DNA of 64,000 nucleotides from contig OZ024741.1 of the NCBI GenBank assembly GCA_964016885.1, forward strand, positions 404,302,001 to 404,366,000, written 5' to 3'. This document shows positions 1 through 12,000 of this stretch, one piece after another. Positions within the stretch are counted from its first letter, which is position 1. Each line of letters starts with the position of its first letter. This DNA is from Eledone cirrhosa (lineage: Eukaryota). The position numbers were made by a program, and so were the translations under genes. The notes under the pieces are model-generated. The model saw only the letters and a list, made by a program, of their open reading frames with translations. It made no database searches and was not told the DNA's origin.

Positions 1-545
1 CAACTCGTTTTCGAGTACGGCCACTACTTTATATCCATGTAGGAGAACCCCTACCGATGCGCTGAACAAGTGTGACTTTTTAGTCCAGCCAGCGACTTGA
101 AAACTCTGGTACAAACACTACACTTGTGACAATTATTGACACATAGTGCTGGGCCCATGGTACTATGTGATGACAAGTGCAGAGAGATATCCAGATATAA
201 AGCAATGCCTATGCCGTGAAGCTTTTATAGTGAGCAAAGGCACTGCACAAAGCCAGTCCCACTCTCTTAACCAAGATGATATTTACCAAAAAGAAGAACA
301 AGTCAACATCATTGGATGCCATCAGGGTTGCAGGTGTTATATAAGAGATTTTCTTCTCCTAGAATTCTGCCTTGACAAAAGCTAAGGGGTCATCTCTCCC
401 GGTGATTTTGGATGGTCATTAACTCTTAAGAGCTCCTTTGCCCTTTAACAGGTTTTGTTTTTAGTCCTGCAGGATGTCCAAAGTCACCCTCCTCACCAAG
501 AAACCTTGGTGGGGTTGCCAGTTTAGTCGCCAACGACCCGACCAT
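1..545 (-). mobile_element. RTE/BovB-like LINE remnant (putative 5'UTR-like part joined to a C-terminal zinc-finger part)
   Basis: Minus strand ~60-150 reads CHKCSVCTRVFKSLAGLKSH, resembling the C2H2-like end of RTE ORFs. 330-545 is GC-richer and resembles RTE 5'UTRs (recalled resemblance only). Confidence 0.4.
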
Positions 546-548
546 GAG

Positions 549-790
<242 letters not shown>

Positions 791-1182
791 ATAAAATAAC
801 AGTAGGTTGGACTGGTGTAATTCCTTAAAAGGTTTATTATACTATGATCATTTTTATGATTGGGTTCCGTATGAATCCGGTGACATCATCAGGTATTCGA
901 AATATAACAAAGGAATATAATAGACAAAATCCATGGGGCTGAAAATCAGAGACATGAGGGCGGCCGAACATTTACCAGCTTCTAGCCCGGTCTGATTTTC
1001 AGAAGGAATTACACCAGTCCAGCTTCCTGTTATGTTATAATAATTAACTCCCTACTGACACCACCAACTACACAAACGAAGACGGGTGAGTTGCATTACG
1101 TCGAGTACTCTCCATAATATTACATTGAGGTTGACCATACGGAATGACCAGTTCTATCCGGTGGTGAACCAACAAACCTAAA
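791..1182. mobile_element. Penelope-type pseudo-LTR element, family A (fold-back copy)
   Basis: Homologous to 7062-7425, 20633-21000 and 22578-23030. Internal inversion: 791-826 is inverted against 1004-1040. Degenerate HHR at 839-896(-). Flanked by (TA)n. Confidence 0.7.
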
Positions 1183-1316
1183 TAAATAAATATATATATA
1201 TATAATAAATATTTGCTCTAGGGTTCTTATATATTTGATATATATTTATCCTTATCGGGCCCTCTTTGGATTTTAGTCTTCACTATTATTATTATTTATA
1301 TATATATATATATTAC

Positions 1317-1475
1317 TGAAAGGGTGAAGAATAACATGGTCAGCTGTATAAAAAGGATTTTATTTACAGTATTAATAATTGTTTCATTGATCAGGTGAGT
1401 CTAAAGGCCGCTTATCTCTCGAAGTTGCGTCATTCGACCTTAAATACAGTGTGTGTCTCTGATGAAACCATTGGA
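1317..1475 (-). mobile_element. pLTR-like family D fragment
   Basis: gaaagggtgaagaataacatggtca...ttttatttacagt...aataattgtttca is shared with 42381-42700 and, reverse-complemented, with 44090-44240. Bounded by (TA)n. Confidence 0.6.
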
Positions 1476-1868
1476 ATATATATATATTAGCCCGGTTTAA
1501 ATGATTAGTTATCTAGTTAATTTCTGCGAACTAAGGGGGAGAAAGATTGGATATATTATGTCTGAGTGTTCTTCAAACTTATAATTTTATATAGCTCTGA
1601 TTAATAATTATTTGCTTAATTAATTTTCATAGACACACACCGTTGAAGTTGACCACACCCATATATGTATCTGTGACTATGTCTAAGTATATACACATAT
1701 ATCCTTATGAATATATATATATCGGTTGTGTATGTGTGTGAGTGTGCAGGGCCGGCTAAATTGTATCTGAGTCATAGCCGAGATATGCCAGAGATCTTGA
1801 CAACATGACTTATTAATATATCACGTACAATGCACTTACACACGTATAAATAGGTCAAAGTAGGGTTC

Positions 1869-2408
1869 GTGAATATATATAGACATATATATATATGCAG
1901 AGGTTATATTTAATTTGTTGTGATTCAACAAGCTTAAAACTTTTTTTTATAACTGATATAAAGCACTCAAAAGATTAGTGGAGTAAATATACAATATATT
2001 AACAAATGGAAGCTATATTTATAAAACCACATTTATTTTATTATACATATTTCACGGGCCACCAAGGCAAATTATAGTGCGCTTTCATCAAATAAAATAC
2101 AATACAGATTTGTTCCTATCCAGGAAGCTCAAGCCGTTAAGGTATGTCAATATTTATTTATAAAGCAAATCTGTATTGTATTTTATCTGATGAAAGCGCA
2201 CTATAATTTGCCTTGGTGGCCCTGAAAATATGTATAATAAAATAAATATGATTTTATAAATATAGTTTCCATTTGTTAATATATTGTATATTCACTCCAC
2301 TAATCTTTTGAGTGCTTTATATCAGTTATAAAAAAAGTTTTAAGCTTGTTGAATCACAACAAATTAAATATAACCTCTGCATATATATATATGTATATAT
2401 ATATTCAC
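1869..2408. mobile_element. Fold-back element family B (~244-bp inverted arms, ~53-bp spacer) with HHR-like cores
   Basis: 1869-2112 is a near-perfect reverse complement of 2166-2408. CTGATGA at 2187-2193. Related copy at ~54785-54990. Confidence 0.8.
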
Positions 2409-2499
2409 AAACGAGTTGATATATATATTCAACAAACGAGTTGATATATATAAAAACAAATAGTAGAAAGGAAAAAGTTTTTTTCAGTGAAATATCAAA

Positions 2500-2991
2500 A
2501 CATTAATTTATTTACACTACCGGTTTCGGCATTAAATGCATTGTCAATTGCGGATATGCAGAATATTGTTAAATTGCATATTTGTACAAATAGTAATAAT
2601 AATAATAATAAATAATATAAATATATATATATATATACGTATATACTATTTGAACAGATTTTACGTTTCAGCAAAGAATCTCTGTAATCGCCCTTCCAAG
2701 GATCTTCGGAAACATATATTAAAATATATGTAATATTAGAGGCAGATGCCATATTCAAAATTCTAAAAGTCATAGCTGATGTCTTCTCTTTTAGAGTATC
2801 GATATCTTTAGTAGAAATATTTAAATGTAGACCCAGATGAAGAGGGTTGGACAATATCCATGACGTCTGCTGAATCCACACGGAGGGGGGGGGAGAGTTC
2901 CAGTCGAATCAATTGGGGACGGTTGCATCTAACAGGACCTACTGGAAGGACTGCTTCAGGACGCCGCCCCTAGAAGAAGAAGAAGAAGAAG

Positions 2992-3022
<31 letters not shown>

Positions 3023-3715
3023 GTCAAGTGCCTTGAAGACGGACAAGGTCACTTTTACCGTCTTTCAAGGTCTTAACCCTATTTTTGTAGTCTATTTCAT
3101 GGTATCTCAGCGTATGGGCACATCATTCTATAAATTAACTTTGTTTCCTTCAGCGCTTCGTAAAAGTCCGAGATATAGGCTTCGTATAGACGATATAGAT
3201 TAAACATGTGTTGCTAATCTAATGAAACACCTGGTTATGATGCAATTTACAAATTTAATTTAGTTGTGCTGGGAAATTTGATAATGTCATGCGTAGTTTA
3301 TCTTGAAGAGTTAAAAGGTTGTGTCAAGTCTTGAGTGTAATCTTCGGTAATCAGAGAGAGAATTTACATAAATAAGTATGAGAAAAGTACAGCGAAGCTT
3401 TTAAAGTCTTTTCTGAAATCTATAAATATTCATTTTATATCGATATCCAGAATGTGACAATCGATTTTTCTATATATTTTAGCTTCCATGAGACGTTGTA
3501 CGATATGTCTGTCCTTTTATAATAGGGTGATTAGTCCTTTCATGAGTATCCACAAAGACACAAAGAGACAATCATAGTAAATTGCTTTCAGAAATCGAAA
3601 TTAAATAGCATGCAAGCGAAACTTAACGTCTCTTGTTGAAATATATCCGACCTGAGTACGTATTTAATTATATCGGCCAATTTAGAGTAACGTTACTTGA
3701 TAAAGTGCATAGCAC
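2500..3715 (-). mobile_element. Highly degraded Penelope-like element interrupted by an RTE fragment
   Basis: Minus-strand peptide traces ILDIDIK (RT-like, ~3440) and LIYRMMCP (GIY-YIG-like, ~3120). Decayed HHR ttgacaa-tGCATTtAATGCc-GAA-ACCGGT-A at ~2517-2547. Confidence 0.35.
2830..3020 (+). mobile_element. RTE-like LINE 3' end with (GAA)n tail
   Basis: Reads TVASNRTYWKDCFRTPP followed directly by (GAA)n; homologous to 57452-57700(-). Confidence 0.65.
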
Positions 3716-3925
3716 GAAGATCAGAGAGTCCCTCCAGGTAGATCCGCTCCTTCTCCGAATTGAGAGATCACAGCTCTGATATTACAGACATGTGGTTAGA
3801 ATGTCTCACGAAAGAGTCACTGGACAAAGAAGAAGAAGAAGAAGAAGAAGAAGAAGAAGAAGAAGAAGAAGAAGAAGAAGAAGAAGAAGAAGAAGAAGAA
3901 GAAGAAGAAGAAGAAGAAGAAGAAG

Positions 3926-3955
<30 letters not shown>
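3715..3955 (+). mobile_element. RTE-like C-terminal fragment followed by (GAA)~43
   Basis: IRESLQVDPLLLRIERSQL*YYRHVVRMS; same sequence as the 97-bp unit at 57850-58200(-). Confidence 0.6.
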
Positions 3956-3956
<1 letters not shown>

Positions 3957-4139
3957 GTAAAAATTTCCTTGGTGGAATTTTATCTGGAAATCCAGACACC
4001 TACAAACAAACATATTGACCTCGCCACATCCGACTGACAATTAGTTGACTTATATGACTACGTCAGTACTGAATATATTTAGATGTTTCTACGTTTGGCC
4101 CAAGGACGGCAATTTGAAGAAAAAGAGGGGAAGTCAACT

Positions 4140-4320
4140 TAGTCGACCTCAGACTGTTACTGGTACTTTATTTTATCGATCCGGTCAGATGAAACGCATC
4201 AGATGAAACGCAAATCTAACCTCAGCGAGATTTGAACTTAAAACGTAAAGGGCCGTCACTACATGCTGCAAAGCATATTGTTCGATGCTCTAACGCCTCT
4301 ACCAATCCACTAACCTACTG
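4140..4320 (-). mobile_element. tRNA-derived SINE family 1 (diverged copy; another at ~4900-5020)
   Basis: ctggtactttattttatcga...cctcagcgagatttgaact matches the family-1 consensus seen many times in the window. Confidence 0.75.
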
Positions 4321-5281
4321 AATACATTTATATAAGAAAAACATACATCACTACATGTCCGATGCGCTAACGATTCTGCCAATCCACCAAACTACTGAAT
4401 ACATTTATATGAGAAAAACCATACATCATTTATTGATTAACAATTATCCATGACCTCTCAGATAGAAAACCAATATACAGCAGTTGTATTCTCAGTTGAT
4501 GCTCGACAAGGTGAAACGAAGACATAGAGTTAAGTGGATGTCATATTATATAACAAATCAACTCCGCTAATTCTCCATCTAGTTACTTCCATCACCTCTT
4601 TACTTTCTTTTCATAGCCTGGCTAATGATTTCTTCTTCTTCTTCTTCTTCTTCTTCTTCTTCTTCTTCTTCTCCTTCTTCTTCTTCTTCTTCTTCTTCTT
4701 CTTCTTCTTCTTCTTCTTCTCATCCCGTAACACCTGACAGAGTCACAAAGCCACCGTAGTAACGTACAGCGTTTCTCGGCCATTTTTATGCCAGACGGAG
4801 CCCATCCATCTTGAGGCCTGAGTACAGCAGGTTTCTTCCAGAGAAGGATAGAGAGTGACAGGTAGGAAATGACGACGTGATATAGAGGACGACCCAATTA
4901 CTAAACTGGTACTTTTTATTTGTCGACTTCGACAGAATGAAAGATAAAGTTGACCTCGGCGGGATTTGAACTCAGAGAGCAGAGGGCTGAAACGAATACC
5001 TCAAAGCATTCTACTCCACGACCCGAGGCCAATGTTGCGGTCATCAAAAATGGTATACCTAATATTCCCTTAAACGATATATAATGTACTAAGAATTAAT
5101 AGTTTAATATTGACACTAGTAATTAATTTTCTGAACGAAAACAATAAGGAATACAACGATGTGGTGGACACAAATAAAATACGTACGTTTCAATTAGATG
5201 GATAATATTTAAAGAAGTGCTTTGAAATGTTCAATTCTTACAGATACAATACAATAACCGCTATACAATTATAATTGTTAG

Positions 5282-5388
<107 letters not shown>

Positions 5389-5403
5389 CGAGAGAGAGAG
5401 ATG

Positions 5404-5454
5404 ATATTCTACAGGACTAGAACTGTTTCATTCTTTAGAAATCATCAGGAATCT
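5404..5454 (-). ncRNA. Type I hammerhead ribozyme motif (family C, left arm)
   Basis: Reverse complement of 6163-6213, with a slightly shorter stem I. Confidence 0.65.
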
Positions 5455-6162
5455 GGCTTTCCAAAATTAAATGTTGTGGTATTTATATCTTTTCAGGTGG
5501 TAGGAGAGGGTGGGGAGTGGGATGGGTGGAGGTCATTGGTTGAAAGAAAAGGGAATTCATTAAAAGCTAATTCTTTAAGGCTATAATTTATATTTAGAGT
5601 GACAAAGGCAGAAAGAATTCTATAAACAAGTTCAGAATGGGGTGGCACTCCTTATTTTTAAGTTTCTCTTAAGCTAACAATGCCTATATTTCAGGTGTCT
5701 ATAAGATGGTTGGGGGTCGGTCATGGTTGTTTGATTTAAAGATATAGCTTAAGAGAAATATGACAATAATTATATGATAGGCACCCAATATTTTGAACTG
5801 GTTTATAGAATTCTCTTGGCCTTTGTCACTCTAAGTAGAGCTTTAAAGAATTAGCTTTTAAAGAATTTCCTTTTTCTTTAAATCCATCAACCATGACCGA
5901 CCCCCAACCATCTTATATACACCTGAAATATAGGCACTGTTAGCTTAAGAGAAACTTAAATATAAGGAGTGCCACCCCATTCTGAACTTGTTTATAGAAT
6001 TCTTTCTGCCTTTGTCACTCAAAATATAAATTATAGCCTTAAAGAATTAGCTTTTAATGAATTCCCTTTTCTTTCAACCAATGACTTCCACCCTTCCCAC
6101 TCCCCACCCTCTCCTACCACCTGAAAAGATATAAATACCACAACATTTAATTTTGGAAAGCC

Positions 6163-6213
6163 AGATTCCTGATGATTTCTAAAGAATGAAACAGTTCTAG
6201 TCCTGTAGAATCT
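6163..6213 (+). ncRNA. Type I hammerhead ribozyme motif (family C)
   Basis: AGATTC|CTGATGA|T-TTC-TAAA-GAA-T|GAA|ACAG-ttctagtc-CTGT|A^|GAATCT: 6-bp stem I, 4-bp stem III, GUA cleavage triplet. Confidence 0.75.
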
Positions 6214-6298
6214 CATCTATATTAACACTTTTATACTCTGCTATGTATTGAGTACCTTACTTACTGTGGTTACCTCCGATTCAACCCGGAATAACTTA

Positions 6299-6373
<75 letters not shown>

Positions 6374-7009
6374 GCTCCGAAATCATTAGACGTGTCCGTC
6401 GAACCTGCGGGTCCAGAATCAGACAGATCCACACAATGATCCCGTCTCGAGCTGTCCGCCGGGGAAACAATTGTAACACACAATAAATTAAATTCAGATG
6501 CATTACTGATTTTTCGTTTTATATTCTATATATATATACTCGTGTATATATATATATATAGAATGCATTCGTTGGCTTAGCTGCGGCTTGGGCTTCCAAT
6601 ATGCTGTACTTCCATTTGTATTACTATCTCCTAGACCTAATGATTAATTGATTAATTTAATTATACAATTCTATTGATTGGTTAATTATTTATGTTTGTT
6701 TAATAACGATCTGGTTGAGTGCTTAATTCACTTTGTGTACGGAACTTATTCCTTTGCTCATAATTTGAATTTGCCCGTTAATTTATCGGTATATATATAT
6801 ATGTATTTTTACTCGCGAGTCAGTTCTTTCGTTGTTACGGTCCCCGCGGCTGAATTACCGGTCGCTATCTTCAATTTACAAAGCTCTTTAAACGGTATGT
6901 TATTACTCTAAGGTGTTATACCTCATCGAGTGCTTGGCTGCACTTCTGATTGCATTCGTTGGCTTAGCTGTGGCTCGGGCTTCAAATATGCTGTACTTCC
7001 ATTTGTATA

Positions 7010-7061
<52 letters not shown>

Positions 7062-7064
<3 letters not shown>

Positions 7065-7425
7065 TCAGGTTTGATGTTCACCACTTGATAGAGCTGGTCT
7101 ATTCCGTATGGTCAATCGTAATGCAATAATATAGAGAGTACTCAACGTAAAGCAGTTCAACCGTCTTTGTTTTTGTAGTTGGTGGTGCTATTACGGAGTT
7201 AAATATTATAATGAAATGACAGGAGGCTGGATTTGTGTAAATCCTTGAAAGGTTTATTATACTATGATCATTTCAATGACCGGGTTCCGTATGAATCCGG
7301 TGATATCATCAGGTATTCGAAATATAATACGTGAATGTAATAGATAAAATCCATGGGGCTGAAAATCGAGGGCCCGAGGGCGACCGCTATCCTGCTCCTT
7401 CAACCTCAGCCGGTCGCCCTCGACT
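7062..7425 (-). mobile_element. pLTR family A copy
   Basis: Reverse-complement match to ~22670-23030; starts at the edge of (TA)n. Confidence 0.75.
7259..7316 (-). ncRNA. Minimal type I hammerhead motif (family A)
   Basis: Reverse complement: ATAC|CTGATGA|tatcACCGG..CCGGTcatt|GAA|ATGATCAT|A^|GTAT. Palindromic stem III, 4-bp stem I. Confidence 0.7.
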
Positions 7426-7522
7426 AGCAGCACAAGAGGACATGCATACGTCCAATGGACATTTTTATACACGAACATTCCGATATAGACTCTGTTATTG
7501 TGAGTCCTATGATATATGAGCA

Positions 7523-7578
<56 letters not shown>

Positions 7579-7732
7579 TATATGTATATATATGTATATA
7601 TATCTTTCTATATATATATAAACAATTGTTCTCGGTACGGTGAACTAACTGTTGTGTTACTACTTCTACCAAATTCATCCCATGGACTGAGTGCTCTACC
7701 ACTACGGATATTACCTCCAGTGTTCCACCTTC

Positions 7733-7769
<37 letters not shown>

Positions 7770-7780
7770 CAGAGAGAGAA

Positions 7781-7862
<82 letters not shown>

Positions 7863-8162
7863 AAATATATTAAATTTAAATACAGGAATATAACAACGGT
7901 TTCTGACATTGCACACATGCAATGATAGATTATAATTTACAATGTAAGCAGAGGTTGGCGGACACAGACCAATGGAGTTGGCCACGTCAATAACATTGCG
8001 GCGAAGTGTTCTGCACAAGATGTACTGCACAAGATGTGCTGCATACTGACAGTAAACTACTTTTGGTGAGATGATACAATTACATTGTCGATGTACCAGT
8101 CAATATACTTATTCGTGTGCATATGTTTGTGACTGTTTTTATCCTTCTCTATATGTTCAATG

Positions 8163-8400
8163 GTGAAGGCCCATGGCCTAGTGATAAGGTTATTGGACTT
8201 ACGATCGAAATGTCGCATTTTGATTCCTGAGCTGAATTGTGTGTTGTGTTCTTATACAAAACACTACATTTGACGTCGCTCCTGTATACTCAGCTGAAAA
8301 TGAGCACAAACGAGAGCAGTGGATTTAATCCTGCGATAGACTGGCGTCCTGTCCAGGGTTGGGTCTTGTACTCTCGGGATAAGTGCCGGCTCAACGTGCT
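8163..8400 (+). mobile_element. tRNA-derived SINE family 2 (CORE-like), diverged; another at ~8769-8897
   Basis: gaaggc..tggcctagtg A-box-like start, then a degenerate CTTGAGCAAGACACTT..TTTCACGTTG core (clearer in the 8769 copy). Confidence 0.6.
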
Positions 8401-8905
8401 GCTAACAGCACAGGAGGACATGGATACGTCCAATGGACATGTTTCTACACGAACATTCCGATATAGACACTGTTATTGTGAGTCCTATGATATATGAGCA
8501 TATGATGTCAAAGTTGTACTTCTGAAGGTCATGGTCACCACTCCATATATCTCCTTCGATATAATAATTCAACAAAGTAACATTCCCAGGTAAATACTGA
8601 CAAATGAAATGAAAAATGTACAATGGAGTTAACTGAAACTGTTGAGAGGGGATTGAAGCATTAAGCTAAAGTTTCTATCTTGCTAACTATCGGATGTTTC
8701 GAGGACAACTTTGTTTCACAGAACACTCTCCTCACTAAATTGTACTCACATACGTAGTGAATATGAGTGAAGTCGCATGGCCTGGTGGTTAGGGTGTTTG
8801 TCTTACGATCATAACATCGACGGTTCCATTCCTGGATAGGGAGCTGCTTTGTATTCTTGAGCAATACGGTATATTTCACGTTATTCCAGTACATTGACTT
8901 TAGAG

Positions 8906-9046
8906 CAGTCATCAGCAAACTGCAGCCTGCGAAGCTTTCTGAATGGCTCGCCTACGTCAACTAAGTGAAATCTTTCTTATTTTTTTACCTTGATGATGAA
9001 CCATATCTCATGCGGCCCGCTTCTCGAAAAAGGTTGCCCGTGTCTG
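8906..9046. mobile_element. hAT-type MITE (141 bp) with 8-bp TSD
   Basis: CAG...CTG termini (cagtcatcagcaaac / ggttgcccgtgtctg) flanked by the identical 8-mer CTTTAGAG at 8898-8905 and 9047-9054. Confidence 0.8.
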
Positions 9047-9396
9047 CTTTAGAGTGAGTATCAGCAGTAGAACAGCGTCAGATCCAGGGAAAGTATCGTA
9101 CTCTCAGTCGGTTAGTATCAGCAGTAGAACAGCGTCAGATCCAGGGAAAATATCGTACTCTCAGTCGGCAAGGAGAACTGAGGAAAGGCACCGCTCTGAT
9201 GAACATTAGGCTTAGAACAAACTTTAACTATTGAATGTAAAATCATAATTCTGAGAGACACTCGTAACATGTATATTACTGCGACTCCTTATAAGGCAGT
9301 GATGCTCTTAATTATTTTTATTGATGATTTTCTACGTTAACTAAATGTAAAGAAAACATGTTTTTGTTTTGCACATTGTATTATCCTAAACGTTTG

Positions 9397-9431
<35 letters not shown>

Positions 9432-10176
9432 GAAAATATGGGTGAGAAGAATACTGCTGGTTGCACATGGATAACATGTTATAAAATGAGTCCCTCATCA
9501 GTGATTTACCAAACGATCATGGGTATTTCATCGCATTAAAAATCATATACATCACGTTGGAGCGATAATAACTAAAATAAGTTATTAGGACAATAGAAAC
9601 GCGTAAAGCGAGTGAGACAAGTAAACAACACAGGGGGAAGCTAACCGAAGATGGAAATAAACACAAGCAACATAGTTATTCTTTCAGCTTAAGCTGTGTG
9701 AATATATGAACGAGGTAGAAAACAGACCTTTCGCTAGTGAATCCGGTGTTAGAAAGAATGAAAACCGTTTTCCCAGCGAACGGGAGGAAGAAAGAAGGGG
9801 AGAAACAGGGACTGAGTGAGTGAGAGTGCGAGGAAGAGGTCAGTAGTTAACTGACATGGCAGAGGGGACGAAAGAAAGTAAAAGAAACAGAGAGAACGAG
9901 GGAGCAATAAGAGAGAAAGAGAGAAACACAGAATTGCAGTATATATGTATATATTTCGTTTCTGAATTTGTTTAGCAAGATTCTTTATCTGAAATCGTGT
10001 GTTGAAACCGATATTGTTATACTTTGGGAGGGTCATGTTGCCAATAAGAAACACACGCACCAGTTGCTTTCACTTCAATTTATTATATATTTATAAATTT
10101 ATAAATTTACAAATCTACAAACTTATAAATTTCTGGTTGGTTGGTTGGTTCCACAACCAGATAGTTGTTTATATAT

Positions 10177-10221
10177 AGTCATAGTCCTTTCGTCACACAC
10201 TCTGTGACCTCTTCAGTGACT
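10177..10221 (-). ncRNA. Minimal hammerhead ribozyme in the PLE pseudo-LTR
   Basis: Reverse complement: AGTCA|CTGAAGA|g-GTCACA-gagtg-TGTGAC|GAA|AG-GA-CT|A^|TGACT. Perfect 5-bp stem I and 6-bp stem II. Confidence 0.8.
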
Positions 10222-10425
10222 GGGGATTCCTCTCTTTGTTTCTGTGCCTTTCCTTTCTTCTGTCCTACGCCATTTTGTTTCTGTGTGTGTGTTGTGTGCT
10301 CAGTTTGCGCATGCACCACATCCGGGTGTCTGTGTGTGTTTGTGTTCATTTATCTATTTGTTTATTTATTTACATGTTGTTGGTTGGTTGTTTGTTCTAT
10401 GTGTGTGTGTGTTTTCATTTTGTCC

Positions 10426-11820
10426 TTAATTGTAAGTTGTGATGTTGCTGTTCCACTCACATTTTCTATTTAATTTTGGTTGTAATTCTTTTATGCTTAC
10501 TGCCTCTGTAATTTGCCTAAACAATGCATCTTTTCTGTGTGTGGATTCTATTTTTATTTCTATGTTCTCTAATTTACCCTTGTGTTCAATCTTAGCATGT
10601 TGGTAGAGTACAGATGATTCTTTATTATCTTGAAGGTCTCGCCAGTGTTCATTTATCCGTTCCCCTATACTACGAGCTGTCTCAACTATGTACACTATAT
10701 TTTTGTTTCTACATTGTCCTTCAGTACATCTTATGCTATACACTACATTTCTAGTTTTACAGTTAATATGGGGGCTTATTTTACAGGTTATACATTTCTT
10801 ATCTATACATGAGGGTCTTTGGAACGGGTATGTCTTGCTAATAAGTGTTTTTACGGAGGTACCTGGTCTTTCTACTATCTTAATATTGAGTTTATGTTTA
10901 TTTAGGGCCCTTCTAAATTTGTAGGCTAGTTCGCTTCTAGGGGTTGTATTGATGAACATTACACTCTGGTATTTATTGCTATCATACCATGAGTTTATTC
11001 TATTGGCCTTGTTCCTAGTTCTTTCTATTCTATTCCAAAATTTGCTCCTATACAAGAGGCAGGTCCCATTTATGTCATTATTTACCATTTTTTCCCATTT
11101 GGTTCTGGCTCCTCTATACACTCTGATTCTATCTCTCTGATTGTAGCCAGAGAACTGCATACGGTGGATGAAGTGTTGTATGTGTCTCTCTAGTTCTTCG
11201 GGGTTGCACATGCGGGACACATTTCTCATCACCCGTACCAAATCCGCAATCAGTATGTTGATTTTGGTATGGCCCTAAATGGCCGAGTTTCGGTGGATCA
11301 GATGTTTGGAAGTCATGGGTTTGGCATAATGGGAATGGAGGATTTGTTTTTGATTGTTAATGGTATCTAACCAGAGCTCTGTGTCTAGTACAGGTAATCG
11401 ATGGTTGGGGTGTCTACTTGGGTAGTCTATAGTAACGCTAATGCTCTGGTGGATGGAGTTTGCTATTTGCTGGATGCTTTCCATTGTGTTTTTCTCTAGT
11501 TCCTGACTGTTCTCTAGTGGGGGTGTCTTAACTACGATGTTTATATCATCTACGTAGCGGGAGTACATTATCAGGGTTAAGCTGTCTTCTAATTGTTCTT
11601 TAAGTTTAAGTTTAAGTCTACTGTCCCACCATACCATGAATAAGTTAGCTATGTCGCCTGCAATGCTAACACCAATGGCTGCTCCTTCCTCTTGGGCATA
11701 TGTTTTTCCATTAAATTTGAACATATGTTCCTTAAGGGTTAATTTTATGCTGGCCCCTACCGCATGTGCAATCATTTTCTTCAGTTCATCGTGGTTTTCG
11801 GGTGTCCGTAATTGTCTTAA
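10426..11820 (-). pseudogene. Penelope-like RT-thumb-GIY-YIG endonuclease ORF (one in-frame TAG at 11275-11277)
   Basis: RT motifs QEEGAAIG, RYVDD, LPVLD; Cys cluster CIDKKCITC; GIY-YIG motifs NVVYSIRC..VYIVETARSIGERINEH and RQITEA. The two listed ORFs are in the same frame. Confidence 0.9.
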
Positions 11821-12000
11821 CTTTAGGCACAAGGCCAGCAAATACCCAGTGCATTACTGGTACTTTATTTTATCGACCCCGTAAGGATGAAAGGCAGAGT
11901 CAACCTCGGCGGGATTTGAACTCAGATCGTAAAGGGACGTAACTATGCTGGAAAGCATGGCGTCCGACCCTCTACCGATACTGCCAATCCACCGCCCTTG
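11821..12000 (-). mobile_element. tRNA-derived SINE family 1
   Basis: Reverse complement has A box TGGCAGTATCGG, B box GAGTTCAAATCC, then GCCTTTCATCCTTACGGGGTCGATAAAATAAAGTACCAG. Confidence 0.9.

Larger units (their letters stand above)
5404..6300. mobile_element. Fold-back pLTR element family C with two HHRs
   Basis: ~5406-5741 is inverted against ~5876-6211. The terminus 6235-6300 recurs at 24707-24770 and (reverse complement) at 14487-14530. Lies between (GA)n and (TA)n. Confidence 0.8.
10060..11820 (-). mobile_element. 5'-truncated Penelope-like retroelement with 3' pseudo-LTR
   Basis: RT + GIY-YIG ORF followed by a non-coding tail containing an HHR. Confidence 0.9.

Noticed and set aside
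9430-9700. Repeat shared with 55000-55240 containing CTGATGA on the - strand
   Set aside because: The repeat is real, but I could not build hammerhead stems in the right order.
11821-12000. tRNA genes suggested by A/B boxes
   Set aside because: No cloverleaf; these are SINE heads with a common body. The first residues of ORF 11275..11841 are SINE-derived.
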